A stretch of 64,000 bases of DNA. Origin: Mobula hypostoma. Lineage: Eukaryota. Location of the stretch: contig NC_086101.1 of assembly GCF_963921235.1 (NCBI RefSeq), positions 1,984,001 to 2,048,000 of the forward strand. Reading direction: 5' to 3'. Below the pieces are notes generated by a model. The model did not search any database. It saw only the letters and a program-made list of their open reading frames with translations, and was not told the DNA's origin. Below are positions 50,441 through 62,571 of this stretch, piece after piece; within the stretch, counting starts at the first letter, position 1, and every line of letters begins with the position of its first letter. The position numbers were made by a program, and so were the translations under genes.

Positions 50441-50774
50441 TCATAAGACCATCAGAGATAGGAGTAGAAGAAGGCCGTTTGGCCCATTGAGTCTGCCCCG
50501 CCATTCAGTCATGGGCTGATCCAACTCTTCCAGTCATTCCCGCTCCCCTGCCTTCACCCCATACTCTTTGATACCCTTTCTAATCAAGAACGTAACTATC
50601 TAACTTCAACAGATTTACCACCCTCTGATTAAAGTAATTTCTCCGCATCTCTGTTCTAATTGGATGTCCTGAATCCTAAAGTCGTGCTCCCTTGTCCTAG
50701 AATACCCTACCATGGGGAAATAACTTTGCCATATCTAATCTGTTCAGGCCTTTTAACATTTGGAAGTTGCTGAT

Positions 50775-53700
50775 TGGTTAAGTTCTTATCCATCAAAGGA
50801 TTTAAACAACAGTTAAAATCCCCACCCATTATCAACATATATTCATTTAAGTCAAGCGGTAAAGCAAATACCTTTTTAAAAAAAAATAATCTAAATTAGG
50901 ACCATACAAATTAACCAAAACAACTTTTCTGTTACAGATCACTCCTTTAACAATTAAAAATCTACCATTAGAATCTGACTCAATATCCTCTTGAGTAAAT
51001 ATATTAGATTTAATAAAGATGGACACGCCTTTAGTCTTACTCTGAGAAGTGGAGTGAAACTGCAAACCTTTCCACCATCCAAAAAATCTATTTTGATCTC
51101 CCGCCCTGGTGTGTCACTTGAGCAAAAATTATATCAGATTGGAATTGGTTAATAACTTTAAGTCCTTTTTTTGTTTGATGGATGATGCCAACCACGTATA
51201 TTCCAATTTATTACATTAATCCATTTAAATACCATATTATAATTTTATTGTACTTTACACATGCACAGAGCACATCCCAATGATCCAAAAACTTGGATTT
51301 TCAAAAGGCTTATGTTAAGGTCCCACACAGGAGATTAGTGTGCAAACTTAAAGCACACGGTATTGGGGGTAAGGTATTGGTGTGGGTGGAGAATTGGTTA
51401 GCAGACAGGAAGCAAAGAGTGGGAATAAACGGGACCTTTTCAGAATGGCAGGCGGTGACTAGTGGGGTACCGCAAGGCTCAGTGCTGGGACCCCAGTTGT
51501 TTACAATATATATTAATGACTTGGATGAGGGAATTAAATGCAGCATCTCCAAGTTTGCGGATGACACGAAGCTGGGTGGCAGTGTTAGCTGTGAGGAGGA
51601 TGCTAAGAGGATGCAGGATGACTTGGATAGGTTGGGTGAGTGGGCAAATTCATGGCAGATGCAATTTAATGTGGATAAATGTGAAGTTATCCACTTTGGT
51701 GGCAAAAATAGGAAAACAGATTATTATCTGAATGGTGGCCGATTAGGAAAAGGGGAGGTGCAATGAGACCTGGGTGTCATTATACACCAGTCATTGAAAG
51801 TGGGCATGCAGGTACAGCAGGCGGTGAAAAAGGCGAATGGTATGCTGGCATTTATAGCAAGAGGATTCAAGTACAGGAGCAGGGAGGTACTACTGCAGTT
51901 GTACAAGGCCTTGGTGAGACCACACCTGGAGTATTGTGTGCAGTTTTGGTCCCCTAATCTGAGGAAAGACACCCTTGCCATAGAGGGAGTACAAAGAAGG
52001 TTCACCAGATTGATTCCTGGGATGGCAGGACTTTCATATGAAGAAAGACTGGATGAACTGGGCTTGTACTCGTTGGAATTTAGAAGATTGAGGGGGGATC
52101 TGATTGAAACGTATAAGATCCTAAAGGGATTGGACAGGTTAGATGCAGGAAGATTGTTCCTGATGTTGGGGAAGTCCAGAACGAGGGGCCACAGTTTGAG
52201 GATAGAGGGGAAGCCTTTTAGGACCGAGATGAGGAAAAACTTCTTCACACAGAGAGTGGTGAATCTGTGGAATTCTCTGCCACAGGAAACAGTTGAGGCC
52301 AGTTCATTGGCTATATTTAAGAGGGAGTTAGATATGGCCCTTGTGGCTAAAGGGATCAGAGGGTATGGAGGGAAGGCTGGGGCGGGGTTCTGAGTGGGAG
52401 GATCAGCCATGATCATAATAAATGGCGGTGCAGGCTCGAAGGGCCGAATGGCCTACTCCTGCACCTATTTTCTATGTTTCTATAATTTTATTCTACTTTA
52501 CACATGCACAGAGCACATACCAATACGGGATGATCAAAAATGGCGGCGATGAAGAATACAACCACATAAAAAACACGCATGCTCTGGAACCACCCAGTGG
52601 GAAAAAATTCCTAACTCTAACCCCTCCCCCCCTCCCAAAAGCCCGAAAAAGGGAAGCAGACTAGATAGAATACAAAGCCAGGGACTGCTCTGTCTGTTCA
52701 GGAGAAACATTTTTAAAAGGATTATCTCTCCCTCCCCCAAGTTAAAAAAAAAATGACTGACCTTGTGAAAGGAACGATGAATTCTCAGCAAAGGAAAGTG
52801 TTTACATTCCAGCATAATAATGCTATTTTTTAAAGAGAAAAACCAGCGCCATTTTTTAGGTTTAACATTATGTCTCTTAAAAAAAACTTTAAATTTAATT
52901 ATAAGACGCTATAATAAAGGAGAAAAAATTAATAACATGCTAAACCACACTAAATTTCCAAAAATACCAATTAATAATAACATAAGTAATTAAACCCTCT
53001 CCTAAATATATTTTTTTTAAAAAAGCCCCATTAGTAGGAAAAACTACTAATTAATTAAGAAAGAAATAAAAGACATCAAACCAAATATTAGGTTAAAGGG
53101 ACAAGTCCCTTTATTTTCTTTCTCTCAGTCAAATGTCTGAGTAACCATTTAAACTTGAACCATAAATCTTCTTTCAGAAAAGAACAATAATATGCAATAA
53201 CGAACAACTCTCCTTATCTTCTTTTATTAGTCTCTCAATAAAATATTCAAGTAACCTTCATAAATCTTCTTTCCGAAATGCCAAAAATATACAAATAACC
53301 AATTTCAGTCAGTTGATTTGGTAACGGTGGCAGGTATAGTTTGAACGAACTCCAATGCTGCTTTTGGATCAAAAAATGTACGAGGAGGAGAGTTGGAAGG
53401 AAAAACTTTAATTCTTGTGGGTAACGCAAAGGAGGAAACAGTTCCTTATCATATGCCTTGTTTCATTACCAGAGCATATCTTGATCTTCGTTCCATTACC
53501 TCCCTCGGATAATCATCATAAAAAGGGAGCTCGGATTCCATAAATCTAAAAACTGTGTTTTCTTGCATTATTTGATCTTTAATTTTAAAATGATGAAAAC
53601 AGACTTTGGTCTATTTGGATCTTTAAATTTCAACGTAAAAGCTCTGTGTGCTCTTTCTATAGTAGGCGGCTTTGATAATATAGTAGGAAATAAAGTATGA

Positions 53701-54645
53701 AAAAGCTTACCAAAGTAAGCAGTTAAATCTCCATCTTCAACTCCTCCTTGGAGTCCAACAATTCGTATATCTCTCCGGTGAGGCCTAGTTTCCAGGTCTA
53801 TAATCTTATTTTGGTATCTTTCCAAACGAGTTGTAACTTCAGATAATTTTTGCTTCGTTATCTTCTTTTTTTTCTTTTTCTTTTTCAATCTTTTTTTTAG
53901 TTTCATAATAATAAACATAGCATAGTATTGATATAAAGTTATTGGGAATACATTGTTGTAATTGACATAGTTAAATATAAGCCCAGTTGGCACTTAAATG
54001 TTAAAACTCCCAATCATCCAGGATGCAGATGAACAATATGAAACAAAGAAAAATATCTAAAAAAAATCATGAAAAAGGGAAAGGAAAATAAAAAATATAA
54101 CCCCGCCTCCCCCCCCCAAAAAAAACTAACCTAATCAGTGTTAATCAACTGAACTAAAAAAACATGGGCTGTTATGTAATATCATAAAAAAAGGAACCAT
54201 TAGTGTCGACGACTCCGTTCCTCTCAACAAATATTACAAATAAATAGAATAAGTTTGGAAAAGGTCAAATTACATCATATGAAAATGTTGAGTTAACTTC
54301 AATTCTTCTTCATGTGTAACAACTTGAGTTTCCAAGTCTTTTAAGTTTTCCCAGAAATGACTTCATTTCATTACTATTCTTTTCCAGTTGATCTTTAATT
54401 GATCCATTCTGATCTTTAATTGAATTCAGTGTCTGCACCATATCTTCAGCCCATGGTGGCATTTCATCAGATCTTTCCTTTCCCATTACCTTTATCACTA
54501 GGTTCAGACAAGTTGTTCCAACTCCTCGTATATTGTTCTCCATCAAGAATCAGCAACTAAAAATTTTAAATTTGAAGTTTAAACTAGGGCGAGAGAAACA
54601 AAACCAAGAGCAGCACAAAATTGCAGTTGCTCCATTAACAGGCAG
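50775..54645 (-). mobile_element. Decayed L1-clade LINE 5' portion (ORF1 about 54546-53247, long spacer, ORF2 APE start about 51225-50780), with nested insertions
   Basis: RRDIRIVGLQ...TIERAHR and MRYP ORF1 motifs; DSNGRFLIVKG...LVNLYGPN APE motifs. Confidence 0.82.
51292..52482 (+). mobile_element. Young CR1 3' fragment (same family as 18966-21020), nested in the L1
   Basis: GVPQGSVLGP, FADD and KKANGMLAFIARG; one premature TGA at 51764. Confidence 0.95.
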
Positions 54646-54654
54646 GCACAGTTT

Positions 54655-56197
54655 CTGTGAGGTCCCCCCTCATTTTACTGAACTCCAAGGAATACAATCC
54701 AAGAATTGCCAGACGTTCCTCATACGGTAACCCTTTCATTCCTGGAATCATTCTTGTGAATCTTCTCTGAACCCTCTCCCATGTCAGTATATCCTTTCTA
54801 AAATAAGGAGCCCAAAACTCTCACAATACTCCGTGTGGTCTCACGAGTGCCTTATAGAGCCTCAATATCGCATCCCTGCTCTTATATTCTGTACCTCTAG
54901 AAATGAATGCCAACATTGCATTTGCCTTCTTCACAACTGACTCAACCCGGAGGTTAACCTTCAGGGTATCTTGCACAAGGACTCCCAAGTCCCCTTGCAT
55001 CTCTGCATTTTGAATTCTCTCCCCATCTAAATAATAGTCTGCCCATTTATTTCTTCCACCAGAGTGCATGACCGTACACTTTCCAACATTGCATTTTATT
55101 TGCCACTTCTTTACCCATTCCCCTAAACAAAGGGTCCCCGACCTTTTGTGCACTGCGGACTGGTTTAATATCGACAATATTCTTGCAGACCTCATAGTCA
55201 AGTTCATCAGTGGGAGTGACAGGGAATGTGGAAAGGTGCAGCTGACTCATATCGGTTCGTATTGCTGACTCATATCGTTTCCTCGTGGCCCGGTAGCACA
55301 TGCTTGCGGCCTGGTGGTTGGGGACCACTGCCCTAAACTATCTAAGTCTCCGCAGGATCTCTGTTTCCTCAACACTACCCGCTCCTCCAGCTATCGTTGT
55401 ATCATCGGCAAATTTAGCCACAAATCCATTAATCTCATAGTCCGAATCATTGACATACATTGTAAAAAGCAGCAGTTCCAACATCGACCCCTGTGGAACT
55501 CCACTGGTTACCGGCAGCCAGCCATAATAGGATCCCTTTATTGCCACTTTGTTTTCTGCTAACCAGCCAATGCTCCACCCTTGCTAGTAACTTCCCTGTA
55601 ATTCCACGTGCTCTTATCTTGCTTAGCAACCTCATATGTGGCACCTTATCAAAGGCCTTCTGAAAATCCAAGTACACCACATCTACTGCATCTCCTTTGT
55701 CTACCCTACTTGTAATTCCCTCAAAGAATTGCAGTAGGTTAGTCAGGCAGGATTTTCCTTTCAGGAAACCATGCTGGCTTTGGCCTATCTTGTCATGTGC
55801 CTCCAGGTACTCTGTAATCTCATCCCTAACAATTGATTCCAACAAACTCCCAACCACTAATGTCAGGCTAACAGATCTATAGTTTCCTTTCTGCTGCCTC
55901 CCATCCTTAAATAGTGGAGTAACAATTGCAATTTTCCAGTCATCTGGTACAATGCCAGTATCTGTCAATTCTTGAAAGATTATCGTTAATGCCTCCACAG
56001 TCTCTCCAGCTACTTCCTTCAGAACCCAAGGGTGCATTCCATCAGGTCCAGGAGATTTTTCTGCCCTCAGACCATTAAGCTTCCTGAGCACCTTCTCAGT
56101 CATAATTTTCACTATACAAACTTCACTTCCCTGACACTCTTGAATGTCTGGTACACTGCAGACATCTTCCACTGTGAAGGCTGATGCAAAATACACA
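54655..56197 (-). mobile_element. CR1 LINE RT region (3' end at about 50442-50765), containing a hAT MITE
   Basis: 249-aa ORF with SQHGFLKGKSCLTNL and YLDFQKAFDKVPH. Confidence 0.9.
55129..55330. mobile_element. hAT/Charlie-type MITE (202 bp)
   Basis: 8-bp TSD CCCTAAAC at 55121 and 55331; ends AAAGGGTCCCCGACC / GGTTGGGGACCACTG. Confidence 0.9.
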
Positions 56198-56679
56198 TTC
56201 TATTGTGCTAGCTGAGCAGATATAAAGAAGTGAAGGGAAAAAAAAAACCTAGAGCTTTTCTTTCCTTTATTTTCTCTGACTGAAGCCTCAAGGTGTCCAC
56301 AGAAACGATAACTGCAGTGCCTGCCCCTGCATTCCATCGATTGGCTCTTGCTAATCAATCCCAAACCCAATTGGTCGCTGGTCAATTTTCTTTCTCGCTG
56401 TAGCGGCCTGTGCCATTTCTAGTCGGGTAGTGGACCTGAGTGAAATCACCTCCTCTCAAAACTTTCAATGTCTGGATTTGTCACTGGTGACCTCTTTTTT
56501 TTCCCCCCCCCCCCTAAAATCTCTCCTCATCTCTGTTCTAAATGAGGCTGTGCCCTCTAATTTTAGGCTCCCCCACTATAGGAAACATCCTCTCCACATA
56601 GCCTTTCAATATTTGTTAGGTTTCAATGAGATTGCACCCCCCCCCCCATTCTTATCTCCAAAGTGATCCTTCCACCAAA

Positions 56680-57480
56680 CATTCCCCAATCCCCTGTTTT
56701 TCACAGAGATCACTCCCCCCATGATTACCTTATCTATTCATCCCTGTCCAGTAATCTCCCTTCCATCACTAATCCCTGCAAATGGCCTAAGTGCTACACC
56801 TGCCCATTCACCTCCTCCCTTACCTTCATTCAGGGCCCCAAACAGTCCCTCCAGGTGTGCAACTCTACCTGCAAATCTGCAGAGATCCCATGCTCCCGAT
56901 GTGGCCTCCTCTACCTGGGTGAGTTGGACTGCTTGGTCATGCACCTCCGCTCCATCTGCCAAAAGCAGGACTTCCTGGTGGCCAAACGCCTGAATTCTGA
57001 TTCCCATGTTGGTTCACAGCCTCCTCTTGACCACAATGAAACACCACCAGGGTGGAGGAGTAATACTTCGTATTTTGTCTGAGTAGCCTCTAACTTGATG
57101 GCATGAATGTCGATTTCTACTTCCAGTAATTCTACTTCCAAAAATTCTCTTCCCCTTCCTCTCTTTTTCTATTCCCCTGCCCCCATCCCCTTCTCCCATG
57201 ATCCACACGCCTCTCCTATCAGATTCCTTCCTCTCCAGCCCTTTATTACACTCCCTCCTCACATCACCCATCACCTAGCTATCCTCCTTCCCATCTCACC
57301 ACCCCCCCCCCCCAGTCTTTTTATACTGGCACCTTACCCCTTCCTCTCCTAATGAAGGGTCTTGGTCTGAAACACCAACAGTTTATTCCTCTCCATAGAT
57401 GTTCCCTGACCTGCTGAGTTCTTCCAGCATTTTGTGTGGGTTACTCTGGATTTCCAGCATCAGCAGAGTTTCTCGTATTT
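56680..57480 (+). mobile_element. Decayed Penelope-like element (GIY-YIG endonuclease remnant plus terminal repeat)
   Basis: KCYTCPF...GPKQS...CSRCGLLYLGE motif; degenerate hammerhead-like CTAATGAAGGG...TGAAAC at about 57349. Confidence 0.78.
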
Positions 57481-57588
57481 GCGAAAGGCTGGTCAGACTG
57501 CTGCAAGTTTTCATCATTCACAGTGACCTTTGACCATCTGCTGACAAGGTTGGTTCTAATTTTTCTGCTTTTGTCTACTTGAAAACAG

Positions 57589-57769
57589 CATTGTGGAGGT
57601 GATTGAGGTGATGGAGTCTGATGAAGGGGCGGAGGAACTGCTGACAGACAATGCACCGTCCTCTGTCGGAGCGAAGAGCCCACTTCCTACCGTCGATTCC
57701 ACCCAGGCCGATTCCCCTCTTGTCAGCGTGGTCACCAGCTCCCAGCCCAGTCCTGTAAGGCACAAAAGG
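57589..57769 (+). CDS. DAXX: DAXX coding exon 5 (penultimate; VDSTQADSPLVSVVTSSQPSP)
   Basis: Acceptor ttttgtctacttgaaaacag, phase 2 matching exon 4 (CG|C = Arg); donor AGG|GTAAAG; resembles recalled human ADSSTRVDSPSHGLVTSSL. Confidence 0.85.
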
Positions 57770-57944
57770 GTAAAGTAACCTCATTCAGTTTGCCATCCTT
57801 TCTCCTCGTTGCTGGTGCTGAGAGTTGTGAGAAGCAGTGCTGCGGTTATTCAGTCAGTCGGGCAGCGTCAGACACAGGATCAGTGTTCCCTGGTGCTGAG
57901 TACTCTAGCAGATTCTTGCAAGTACCAGTGCTGAGTAATTCCTG

Positions 57945-58975
57945 CTAGAGTGGGCAAAAAAGTGGCAGATGGAAAACGCTGTTGGGAAATGTATGATAAT
58001 GCATTTTGGTAAAAGGAACAATTGTGCAGACTTATCTAAATGGGAAGAAGAAGAAGAATAGCCCTTAACTCGGCAGTGGAGTTACCAGGGCACCGTCATG
58101 ATGGCGTGTCCGTAGCAAGCTATTCTTGTTTTTACGAGGCCGAGTTGCCAGCTCGACGCTCAACCCGACTTAGATTGGAACTCGGGAACCTTCGCTCCGG
58201 AGTCCGGCGCTGATATTATTGCGCCACCAAGCGGGATATCTGAATGGGGAGAAGGTTCAAACATCAGAGGTGCAGAGGGACTTGGGAGTCCTCGTGCAAG
58301 ACTCCCAGAAGGTCAATTTACGTCAAATCTGTGGTAAAGAAGGCAAATGTAATGTTAGCATTTATTTCCAGGGATATAAAATACAAAGGCAATGAGATAA
58401 TGCGGAGCCTTTATAAGATATTAGTCATGCTGCGTTTGAACTATTGTCAAAAGTTTTGGGACCCATATCTCAGAAAGGATATGTTGTCATTGGCGAGAGC
58501 TCAGAGGTTGTTCACGAGGATGATTCCGGGAATGAAGGGGTTAACATAGGAGTGTCTGGCAGCTTTGGATCTGTACTCACTGGTAGAAGAAATTGGGGGG
58601 AATCTCATTGAAACCTACTAGATGTTGAAAGGACTAAATGGGGTGAATGTGGAGAAGTTGTTTCCTATGGTGGGGATATCCAGAACTGGAGGGCACAACC
58701 TCAAATCTGAAGGTTTTTTAAAGAACAGGTAAGGAGGAATTTTTTTAGCCGGAGAGTAGTATATCTTTGGAATGCTCTACCACAGATTGCGGTGGAGGCC
58801 AAACCGTGGGTATAGTTAAGGCAAAAGTTGATCATTTTTATACCAATCAGGGCATCAAAGGATATGGTGAGAAGGCAGGTGTATAGGGTTGAGTGGGATC
58901 AGCCATGATGGAATGGCGGAACAGAGTCGATGGGCTGAATAGCTTAATTTAGCTCCTATGTCTTGTGGTCTTATG
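57945..58975 (+). mobile_element. Decayed CR1 3' fragment containing a SINE
   Basis: VVKKANVMLAFISR and RLFTRMIPGMKGL motifs. Confidence 0.85.
58045..58236 (-). mobile_element. tRNA-derived SINE with (TTC)n tail
   Basis: 12-bp TSD TATCTAAATGGG / TATCTGAATGGG; A-box-like TGGCGCAAT and B-box-like GAGTTCCAATC on the minus strand. Confidence 0.8.
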
Positions 58976-59967
58976 CTGTATTTTGTGGTGGGCTGCGAGG
59001 GACTGAGCTTTAAATTGGGGCTGACCGTGGTGGAGGGCAAGGGGTTGAGCTTTTTATTGTAGGACGGTTGAGGTGGTCTCTGGGCGGAATGATTTGCTGT
59101 TTAACCATGATTATGGTCTGTACCTGCTTGGTTACTGCATTAGGATTGCCAAATCTGCATTCACCTGCTGCTGTTTCCTTTCAAAATGAGAAACCTCACA
59201 CACTAAACTCCGGCTGCCAACTTCCTGCCCACTCTCCCAGCTATGAAAACTTTTCAACACTGGTTTGTGTCACCTTCCAGTTTGTTACTCCCCACATCAG
59301 CAAAACAGATCGCAGTGCATTCATCTTCGTCCAGATCAGTATAGTTAAAGGCCCCAAGGTGAAAACGAGGGTGTAATGTTGAGGCTTTATAAAGCACTGG
59401 TAGCGAGTATTTGAGCAGTTTTGGGCCCCTGATCTTAGAAAGGAAGTGCTGACACTGGCGAGGGTTCAAAGGGGGTTCACAAAAATGGTGCTGACACTGG
59501 CGAGGGTTCAAAGGGGGTTCACAAAAATGATACAGGATTGGAAGGTGGTGAATTGTTGTGATAGAGCTAAGGAACGGCAAGGATAAAAAGTCTGTGGTGG
59601 GAGTTATATACAGACCCCCAAACAGTAGTAAGGGTATGACCTACAAATTACAATGGGAGATAGAAAATGCATGCCAAAAGGGCAATGTTACAGTGGTCAT
59701 GGGGGTTTTCAGTATGCAGGTAGATTGGGAAAATCATGTTGGTGCTGGGTCCCAAGATGGGAAATTTCTAGAATGCCTGCAAGATGGCCTTAGAGCAGCT
59801 CGTAGTTGAGCCCACTAGGGGATCAGCTACTCTGGATTGGGTGGGGTGTTGTGTAATGAACCAGAGTTGACGAGAGAGCTGAAGGTAAAAGAACCCTTGG
59901 GGCAAGTGATTATAATATGATAGAAATTACCCTGAAATTTGAGAAGGACAAGCTAAAGTCGGATATA

Positions 59968-62571
59968 CAGTGGCATGTTGTATACTTACACTTATTCAAC
60001 CCAGAGAAGTGTGAAGTACCTTGTACCCCATCCGTTATTTATTTATTTATATACACACATTCTTTTTCTCTCTCTGTCCCTCTGACTATACCCCTTGCCC
60101 ATCCTCTGGGCTTCCCTCCTCCCCCTTTTCCTTCACCTTGGGCCTCCTGTCCCATGATCCTCTCATATCCCTTTTGCTAATCACCTGTCCAGCTCTTGGC
60201 TCCATCTCTCCCCCTCCTGTCTTCTCCTATCATTTCGGATCTCCCCTCCCCCTCCCACTTTCAAATCTCTTACTAGCTTTTCTTTCAGTTAGTCCTGACG
60301 AAGGATCTTGGCCTGAAACGTCACTGTACCGCTTCCTAGAGATGCTGCCTGGCCTGCTGCGTTCACCAGCAACTTTTATGTGTGTTGCTTGAAATTCCAG
60401 CATCTGCAGAATTCCTCATGATGTTACAGCTATATTGGACCCTGGTCACTTGGAGTACTGTGCTCAGTTCTGGTCACCTCACTACGGGAAGGATACGGAT
60501 GCTATAGAGATAGAGTGCGGAGGAAAGTTACAATGATATTGCCTGGATTGGGGAGCGTGCCTTATGAGAATAGGTTGAGTCAATTTGGCTTTTTCTCCTT
60601 GGAGCAGCCGAGGATGAGAGGTGACCTGACAGAGGTGTATAAAATGATGAGAGGTATTGTTCGTGGAGATAGTCAGAGGGCTCCCAGGGCTGAAATGGCT
60701 AGCATGAGAGGACACTCGTGCTTGCAAGTAGGTACAGAGGAGATGTCAGGGGTAAGTTTTTTAGGCATAGAGTGGTGAGTACGTGGAATGGGCTGCCAAT
60801 GACAGTGGTGGAGGAGGATGCAATAGGGTCTTTTAAGAGACTCGTGCTTAGGTACATGGAGCTTAGAAAAATAGAGGGCTATGGGTAGGCCTAGGTAATT
60901 TCTAAAGTAAGGACATGTTCGACACAGCATTGTGAGCTAAAGGGCCTGTATTGTGCTGTAGGTTTTCTATGTTTCTATGCAAAAGTTAGAGCACCCCTGA
61001 TCAAAATTTCTGTTACTGTGAGTAGCTAAGCGAGTAAAGATGACCTGATTTCCAAAAGGCATAAAGTTAAAGATGACACATTTCCTTAATATTTTAAGCA
61101 AGATTACTTTTTTATTTCCGTCTTTTACAGTTTCAAAATAACAAAAAAGGAAAAGGGCCCAAAGCAAAAGTTTGGGCACCCTGCTTGGCAGTACTTAGTA
61201 ACACCCCCTTTGGCAAGTATCACAGCTTGTAAATGCTTTTTGTAGCCAGCTAAGAGTCTTTCAATTCTTGTTTGGGGGATTTTCGCCCATTCTTCCTTGC
61301 AAGAGGCTTCCAGTTCTGTGAGATTCTTGGGCCGTCTTGCATGCACTGCTCTTTTGAGGTCTATCCAGAGATTCTCGATGACGTTTAGGTCAGGGGACTA
61401 TGAAGGCCATGGCAAAACCTTCAGCTTGCGCCTCTTGAGGTAGTCCATTGTGGATTTTGAGGTGTGTTTAGGATCATTATCCTGTTGTAGAAGCCATCCT
61501 CTTTTCATCTTCGGCTTTTTTACAGACTGTGTGATGTTTGCTTCCAAAATTTGCTGATATTTAATTGAATTAATTCTTCCGTCTACCAGTGAAATGTTCC
61601 CTGTGCCACTGGCTGCAACACAAGCCCAAAGCATGATCGATCCACCCCCATGCTTAACAGTCGGAGAGGGGTTCTTCATGAAATTCTGCACCCTTTTTTC
61701 TCCAAATATACCTTTGCTCATTGCGGCCAAAAAGTTCTATTTTAACTTCACCAGTCCACAGGACTTGTTTCCAGAATGCATCAGGCTTGTTTAGATGTTC
61801 CTTTGCAAACTTCTGACGCTGAATTTTGTGATGAGGACGGAGGAAACGTTTTCTTCTGATGACTCTTCCATGAAGGTCATATTTGTGCAGGTGTCGCTGC
61901 AGAGTAGAACAGTGAACCACCACTCCAGAGTCTGCTAAATCTTCCTGAAGGTCTTTTGCAGTCAAATGGGGGTTTTGATTTGCCTTTTTAGCAATCCTAT
62001 GAGCGGTTCTCTTGGAAAGTTTTCTTGGTCTTCCAGACCTCAACTTGACCTCCACCGTTCCTGTTAACTGCCATTTCTTAATTACATTACTAACTGAAGA
62101 AACGGCTACCTGAATACGCTTTGCTATCTTCTTATAGCCTTTTCTCCTGCTTTGTGGGCATCGTTTATTTTAATTTTCAGAGTGCTAGGCATCTGCTTAG
62201 AGGAGCCTATGGCAGCTGATTGTTGGGACAAGGTTAGAGGAAGCAGGATATTTATAAAGCTTTGAAATTTGCATCACTTGGCCTTTCCTAACGATGACTG
62301 TGAACAAGCCATAGCCCTAACAAACTAATTAAGGTCTGTGACCTTGGTAAAAGTTATATGAGAACTCAAATCCCTTGGGTGCTCCTTTCCTTTTTTTCAC
62401 TCTAAAATTGTACAAAACAAAAATAATAAACACTAATCTTGCCTAAAATGTTGAAAAGAATGTTTCAACTTTAACTTTTGACTTTTGGAGATCAATTCAT
62501 CTTCTACTCACTTAACTATTCACAGTAACAGAAATTTTGACCGGGGGTGCCCAGACTTTTGCATGCCACTG
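59968..62571 (-). mobile_element. Tc1-like transposon with frameshifted DD34E-type transposase (about 62200-61195); left TIR split by a ~1 kb CR1/Penelope insertion
   Basis: TA-CAGTGGCATG at 59966, TIR resumes CAAAAGTT at 60980; right TIR ends CATGCCACTG-TA; RSGRPRK, TVKHGGGSIMLW, QQDNDPKHTS, WPS and KGGVTKY motifs. Confidence 0.93.
60018..60420 (+). mobile_element. Penelope-like terminal repeat with minimal hammerhead core, nested in a CR1 fragment (about 59978-60979)
   Basis: CTGACGA-AGG-ATCTTGG-CCT-GAAA-CGTC at 60295-60322; shares its downstream sequence with 38250-38358. Confidence 0.78.

Noticed and set aside
59446..59529. Exact 42-bp tandem duplication
   Set aside because: A simple slippage duplicate inside a decayed CR1 with no sign of function.
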